A stretch of 64,000 bases of DNA, taken from positions 84,754,001-84,818,000 of the forward strand of contig OZ024747.1 of the NCBI GenBank assembly GCA_964016885.1, read 5' to 3'. Numbering within the stretch: the stretch's first letter is position 1; each line of letters begins with the position of its first letter. Source of the stretch: Eledone cirrhosa. Lineage: Eukaryota. Positions 58,750-64,000 of the stretch are shown one piece after another. A program made the position numbers and the translations under genes. The notes under the pieces were generated by a model. That model was given only the letters and a program-made list of their open reading frames with translations. It made no database searches and was not told the DNA's origin.

Positions 58750-60330
58750 CATAAAATCTCTCTTGTGAAGATCCTCTCTTCTCTGGCGGCTCGCCTAATA
58801 GAGGTAACTGGCGAATCTCGCGAGGGCGCTTGGTTGTTCCAGCGCATTAGCCTCGCCATCACCCGAGGCAACGCTGCGAGTGTGCTGGCTTGGTGGTGGC
58901 TCGGTTGTTCACCCCTTCCTTTATATTTTCTTTAATATTACAACATTAAAATTACATATCCTTCTGAAAGAATTGCGAGCAATTTATAATGTTATCTAAG
59001 CATTTGTAATGTTATTTATGTATATATTTAAAATATATTTGTTATGTTATTCTACTGTAAATTTATTTATATGCTTTGCATAAAAGGTTCCCCACGCCTG
59101 ATCTAGACTGAAAATAGATTATCATCAATTAGAACAGCTTACAGACAGAGATAGGGTCCTTTTCTCTGTCACTCACCCCATCGCTTCTATATCTCAACCA
59201 CCACTGTCTTCCTATTTTAGTTTCATTGCCGACCTGTCCGTCCAACTACTTTAATTCAGTCGTTATCTTCTCCTCTTCTATTGATATTAATTCACAGCGT
59301 AATGGGTATTTCTGTACCTCTACAAGTCGTTATTTGAAATTTATCAAATACTTGTACTACAAAAGTTCTCATGTGAGTTATATCAGTATTACTAAAGAAA
59401 AAGATGGGAATCTATCAAACTAACCTGGTAACCACTTCCCCTCTAACATTTATCCTGTTGAAGATTCCACTATTGCCTTGAAGAATCAGCAAAGCTCATC
59501 AACAATATCCATAACAAAAGCTCAGGATTGTTTTAGCCAGGTTCTTTCCAAATTAAAAAAATATATTTATCTAATAATAACTGATTGACAAAGAACTTCT
59601 TTATTCTCACTTGTTTCTCTCCATGTTTCCTGCGAAGAAACTAATTCGCTCACTTCTCTGAAACAGCAGTTCCAAGTATTTAAGACTATATCGACCATTT
59701 CTTTTTTCAAGTCGGGAGCACATATAAATGCTATGGTTACAAAAGTCAATCAATGTCGAAACCTCAAGAAAGCCATTAATGCCAAATTCAGTGATTATGA
59801 CACTAAAGGGACAGTCTGTCTCCTTTCACCCTGCATTCTTCTTCAATGTAATTCGGAGTCCCTCGATCAGATCAGAGGACAACGTCCATCTGTCCCTCTG
59901 GAGGATTATTTACACTCTCAAACCGCTCAGACCAGTTTTTATCCCAGATAATGTTAGAAAAGCAATCACATTCTTTCCTGCAAAATCTGGTTCCGGAATT
60001 GACAGTCTTCGTTCCCAAAACCTCCCTGTCAGCCAGAAATGCTGACCTTTCACTTTTACGATTTTTTACACAGTTTATAAACGCGTTTTCTTCTGACTGT
60101 TTCCTCCTATACATATGTCTTTTGTTCTTTAATGCTCACTTATTCGGTCTCACTAAAGGAGAGCTCCTAACCATAGCTGCCGGTTGTACATTTGGATGCC
60201 TCACAAAAGTGTGTTGGTCACCGGTCTTCCCACCTCTCTTCGAAATCTTCACCCGTTCACCTCGGGTTGGTACTAAACTGATGTGTGAAACAACCAGCCA
60301 CACCACGGCCCCCAAAGTAGTTTTCAAACG
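58750..60330 (+). pseudogene. Degraded CRE-clade non-LTR fragments (3' end followed by an RT region)
   Basis: WLFQRISLAITRGNAASV (58830-58885); FPAKSGSGIDSLRSQNL; TIAAGCTFGCL; VGTKLMCE. Confidence 0.65.
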
Positions 60331-60423
60331 CCTTCCATTTCGATAGATGCGATACCATCCTATATTTAAATATATATATATATAAGTAAGAGTGAGAAAT
60401 GAAATTTCGTTTCATTCTTTTCC

Positions 60424-60484
<61 letters not shown>

Positions 60485-60486
<2 letters not shown>

Positions 60487-60597
60487 AGAAATACAACAGA
60501 TTTGTTTGTAGCATTCCTAAATATATTTTATATATATATATATATATATAAAATATATTTAGGAATGCTACAAACAAATCTGTTGCATTTCTTTTCA
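60485..60597. repeat. Palindrome with ~45-bp arms centred on (TA)n
   Basis: aaaagaaatacaacagatttgtttgtagcattcctaaatatatttta and its reverse complement. Confidence 0.85.
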
Positions 60598-60720
60598 GTA
60601 ATTTCTAGCAAATATAACCAAGATGTGACTGGAAAAGGTCACTACTAATGCCTCTTGAGTCAAAAGGATAAAAAACAACTATGGCGCATGGTAAAGTAGC
60701 GCTATATTTCCTGCTTTACA

Positions 60721-60809
<89 letters not shown>

Positions 60810-60844
60810 AACCCTATAACAATATTTTCGTTTCTTTTTTATAG

Positions 60845-61071
60845 GGCGATTATAAGCCTGGTGTATTTCGGCCTTTCTCTTAACGTTGGCAAATTGTATG
60901 GGAATTTATATGTGAATTTTTTCTTGAATTCGGTCGTTGAGTTTCCCGCGTACGCTCTTTGCATCCTTCTGTTAAATCGTGTTGGAAGAAGAAAATTGCA
61001 CTTTGTCTTAATGCTTTTGGCTGGAATCAGTTGTCTCTCTGGAATATTTCCTGTCCTCTTTGGCAATAAAG
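60845..61071 (+). CDS. SLC22-family exon D
   Basis: polypyrimidine tract + atag acceptor; AIISLVYFGLSLNVGKLYGNLYVNFFLNSVVEFPAY...NRVGRRK...; probable donor g|gtatta; gene continues beyond both window ends. Confidence 0.9.
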
Positions 61072-61136
<65 letters not shown>

Positions 61137-64000
61137 GGCGACCTACGTAGGAAATCGTATTATTGTGAGCTCCGCAAAGGTTTGTTATTTCCGTTTGTTT
61201 AAAAATTGCCATTTATGGAAAATTTTATTGTTAACTGGTTATAAGCACACATACATTGTTTTCCGAAAAGGACACCTAAAAAGATTGGGGCCTTGTGCCC
61301 AAAATTTTAACTTTTATTATTATCAAAAAATTTCTTTGAAAAAAAATGGCTACTTCACCTCTGCACGAAGCAGCTGAAAGCCTTCCTCACAAAATAACAC
61401 CTCACACCGACACCACCATTGTAAATGTTACTACGTTTGCCAACACAAAAAAAAATATAAGCAGTAGCAATATTTTAAATTTGTCTCAAGCAGACATTCA
61501 TTTCCCGCCATTACCAATGACTGCAGGTGTTAAAGCCTCCACCATCACCACCACCGCAACAACCACCACCACCACCACCACCGCGACAACAGAAACAAAA
61601 GAAGAAAAAAATAAATTAACTCGTGATGTCGAAATGAAATCAAGCAAAATGGACTCTTCCCCACCAAAGACGACTGACGTCACCACCACCACAACTGAAA
61701 ATAAAATTAATATTAACGATAGCAACAACAACAACAATGACATTATAAAACCCCCCCTCAGTTTCGCCAGAGTAGCAAAACAATTCGAAGCATTTACCGT
61801 AACTCAAGAAGATTTAGAAAATGCCAAACAAATGGTAAAGAAAGATGGGTACAGGGTCAGCCCCCCCCCCCCCCACCCACCTAATAAAATGGACCATCGG
61901 CGCCTATGCACCGTGTCGTATAGAACAATAAATGTAAAATCGCGCCGAGTGGAACGGGCATCCGAGTCCCAAATCCAAAAAGCTTTGGGACATGTGTGGG
62001 CAAGAAAAACCCACATCAGACGTGGGCAAAAGTATGGAACCGTGGATGTGTTCTTTGAAACACCAGAGGAGGCTATAGAACACTCCATGGCCCCATTAAA
62101 AAGTGACGACCTCACACTCGTCCCAAGCTATTGTGGCCAGAGACTCGTAAAGATCAGGGTGACCCACGTTCCACCGGCCATCGAAATTCCCTGGCTAATA
62201 GCGGCTGTCCTCACCGGCATCGAAGCCAACACGAAAATAATAGCAGTAGCAAAAGAAAAGCAGGAAAACTGGTCCGGATCTGGGATGGAGCTCCTGATCC
62301 AAGCGGACCAAAAAAGCATTGAGGAGATCCCAGAGGTAATAGACCTCACTGACGGCAGCCACCTCACGGTAATTGTCGAGGGCAGAAGACCTAGGTGTGT
62401 CGTTTGTGGTGAAGGAACCCACCTAAGGGCTTTCTGCCCGCAGGCTAAAAGGTTGAGGCCACCTCTCCTACCCACCCCAGTGACAAAACCATCAACACCA
62501 CCAGTAGCAGAGATGGCAGCAACAACTGTAGCAGCAACAACAGAAGCAACTATAACAGCAACAACCCCAGCAACAGTAGCAAAACCAACACCACTACCAC
62601 CACCAGCAAAACCAACACCACCACCACCCAACGCTTCAGAACTAGCACCAGCGCCTACACCATCCACCACAACCAAAACTAACGGCTGTGGAGGATTTTC
62701 CACTCCCCGGCCTATCACAACTGGAGACAGATTGTGACGACGAGGAGTGGGAAACGATATCCGGAAAAAAAAAAAGAAACCAAAAAAGAAAAAATTCTCT
62801 TCCTTCCCCCTCCAAAAACAAAATACAGAGGGAAACAAATAAACTAAGAAACAAAAAAGTTAGGACAGATATGCCACCATCCACACCAGCATCACCAACC
62901 CCATCAACCCAAACACCAACACCATCACCATCATTATCCCCAGCACCACCATCACCTACACAACAAAAGTCACCAAAAAGCGAAACAGAAACAAACCCAC
63001 AACAAACGCAAACAAAACAAAACAACCAAAACGATACACACTACACAGCATTAAATTTGAACAACAAGCAATTATTACACTACATCCAACACAACACCAG
63101 CATCACAGAAAAAGACTACACAACAACCCCAAAATTCACACCACCTCCACACATACAAATCACTCGCATCACACAGAAAACGTACATGACACTAAAACAA
63201 AAATTCCCCAAAGACATCGGAGACTTCCGACAAGCACTCTCCAGGAGGATTTATAAGGACATCCTTCCTGAGGAGGCCACAAGCAGTGAAAAGGATGGAA
63301 AAGCCGTCCTTCCGAGAAGTAAGGTAAGTGGTCTTTCCCATCTTTTCCACTCCTTTTCAACATGACCTCACTCAGAATAGGCAGCATAAATGCGCGTGGC
63401 TTGGGGTCGTCATGGAAGCAGGGCCACCTGCTCAACGACCTCAGGTCACTAAACATAGATGTAGTGGCCATCAGCGAGACCAGAATCTCCGAAGCACAGG
63501 CTTTCGCACCGATCTTCGGCGGCTACGATGTGTACGCATCTCCCAGCCGTCCGGGATCGGGGGGAGGAGTTGCTGTGCTTTTTCGGAGAGGTTTGGATCT
63601 TGCCATACGGGCCATCTTCCTGGACCCAGAAGGTAAGTTGGTGGTGCTGGACGTGACCAGCGGAGACGGGCAAGCTTTCAGGTTAGTGGCCGTCTATGCC
63701 CCGACAGGAGCAGGGCGGCCTGATTTCTTCCGGCGTCTGGAGACCTTTCTTGGAACGTCCCGCTCTTTAGTGTTAGTGGGCGACTGGAACGGGATCTTAG
63801 ATGCACGCTGGGATTGTGTGGGATTAGTGGATAGGGAAGGAGGGTGCAAGAGTCTCACCAACCTGCTCAGACGTTTTGAACTGTCTGACAGGTACCGAAT
63901 GGATTTCCCGAATGTACCAATGTGGACTTGGACAAATCGCATAGGGTCATCCAGATCATATCTAGATAGAGTATTTTGTAGGGAAATAGATAGGTCTAGC
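61137..64000 (+). mobile_element. Second Tx1 element (ORF1 61346-63365 with frameshift at ~62680; ORF2 from 63362 running off the window)
   Basis: CVVCGEGTHLRAFC knuckle; ORF2 nearly identical to 21673 onward; preceded by (ATT)n. Confidence 0.93.

Overview
AT-rich, microsatellite-saturated eukaryotic (animal) genomic DNA; the SINE and (TA)n landscape suggests a cephalopod (Octopus-like), which is an inference. The window holds four consecutive, phase-compatible + strand exons of an SLC22 / organic-cation-transporter (MFS) gene (1306-1460, 49874-50045, 58458-58673, 60845-61071). The first intron (~48 kb) is filled with nested retroelements: Penelope-like elements (PLEs), an intact L1/Tx1 element, a near-intact RTE element and an intact R4/Dong element. 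An intact Chapaev-type DNA transposase, a second Tx1, and Hero, CRE, mariner and SINE relics are also present. The most striking unannotated signal is a dense set of type I hammerhead ribozyme (HHR) motifs from about nine unrelated sequence families. Most sit in short non-coding fold-back (inverted-repeat) units inserted in (TA)n tracts. Several carry the compensated U3-A8 core (UUGANAA), and one sits in a 515-bp tandem retrozyme-like unit. All structures were read by eye; no searches or folding programs were run.
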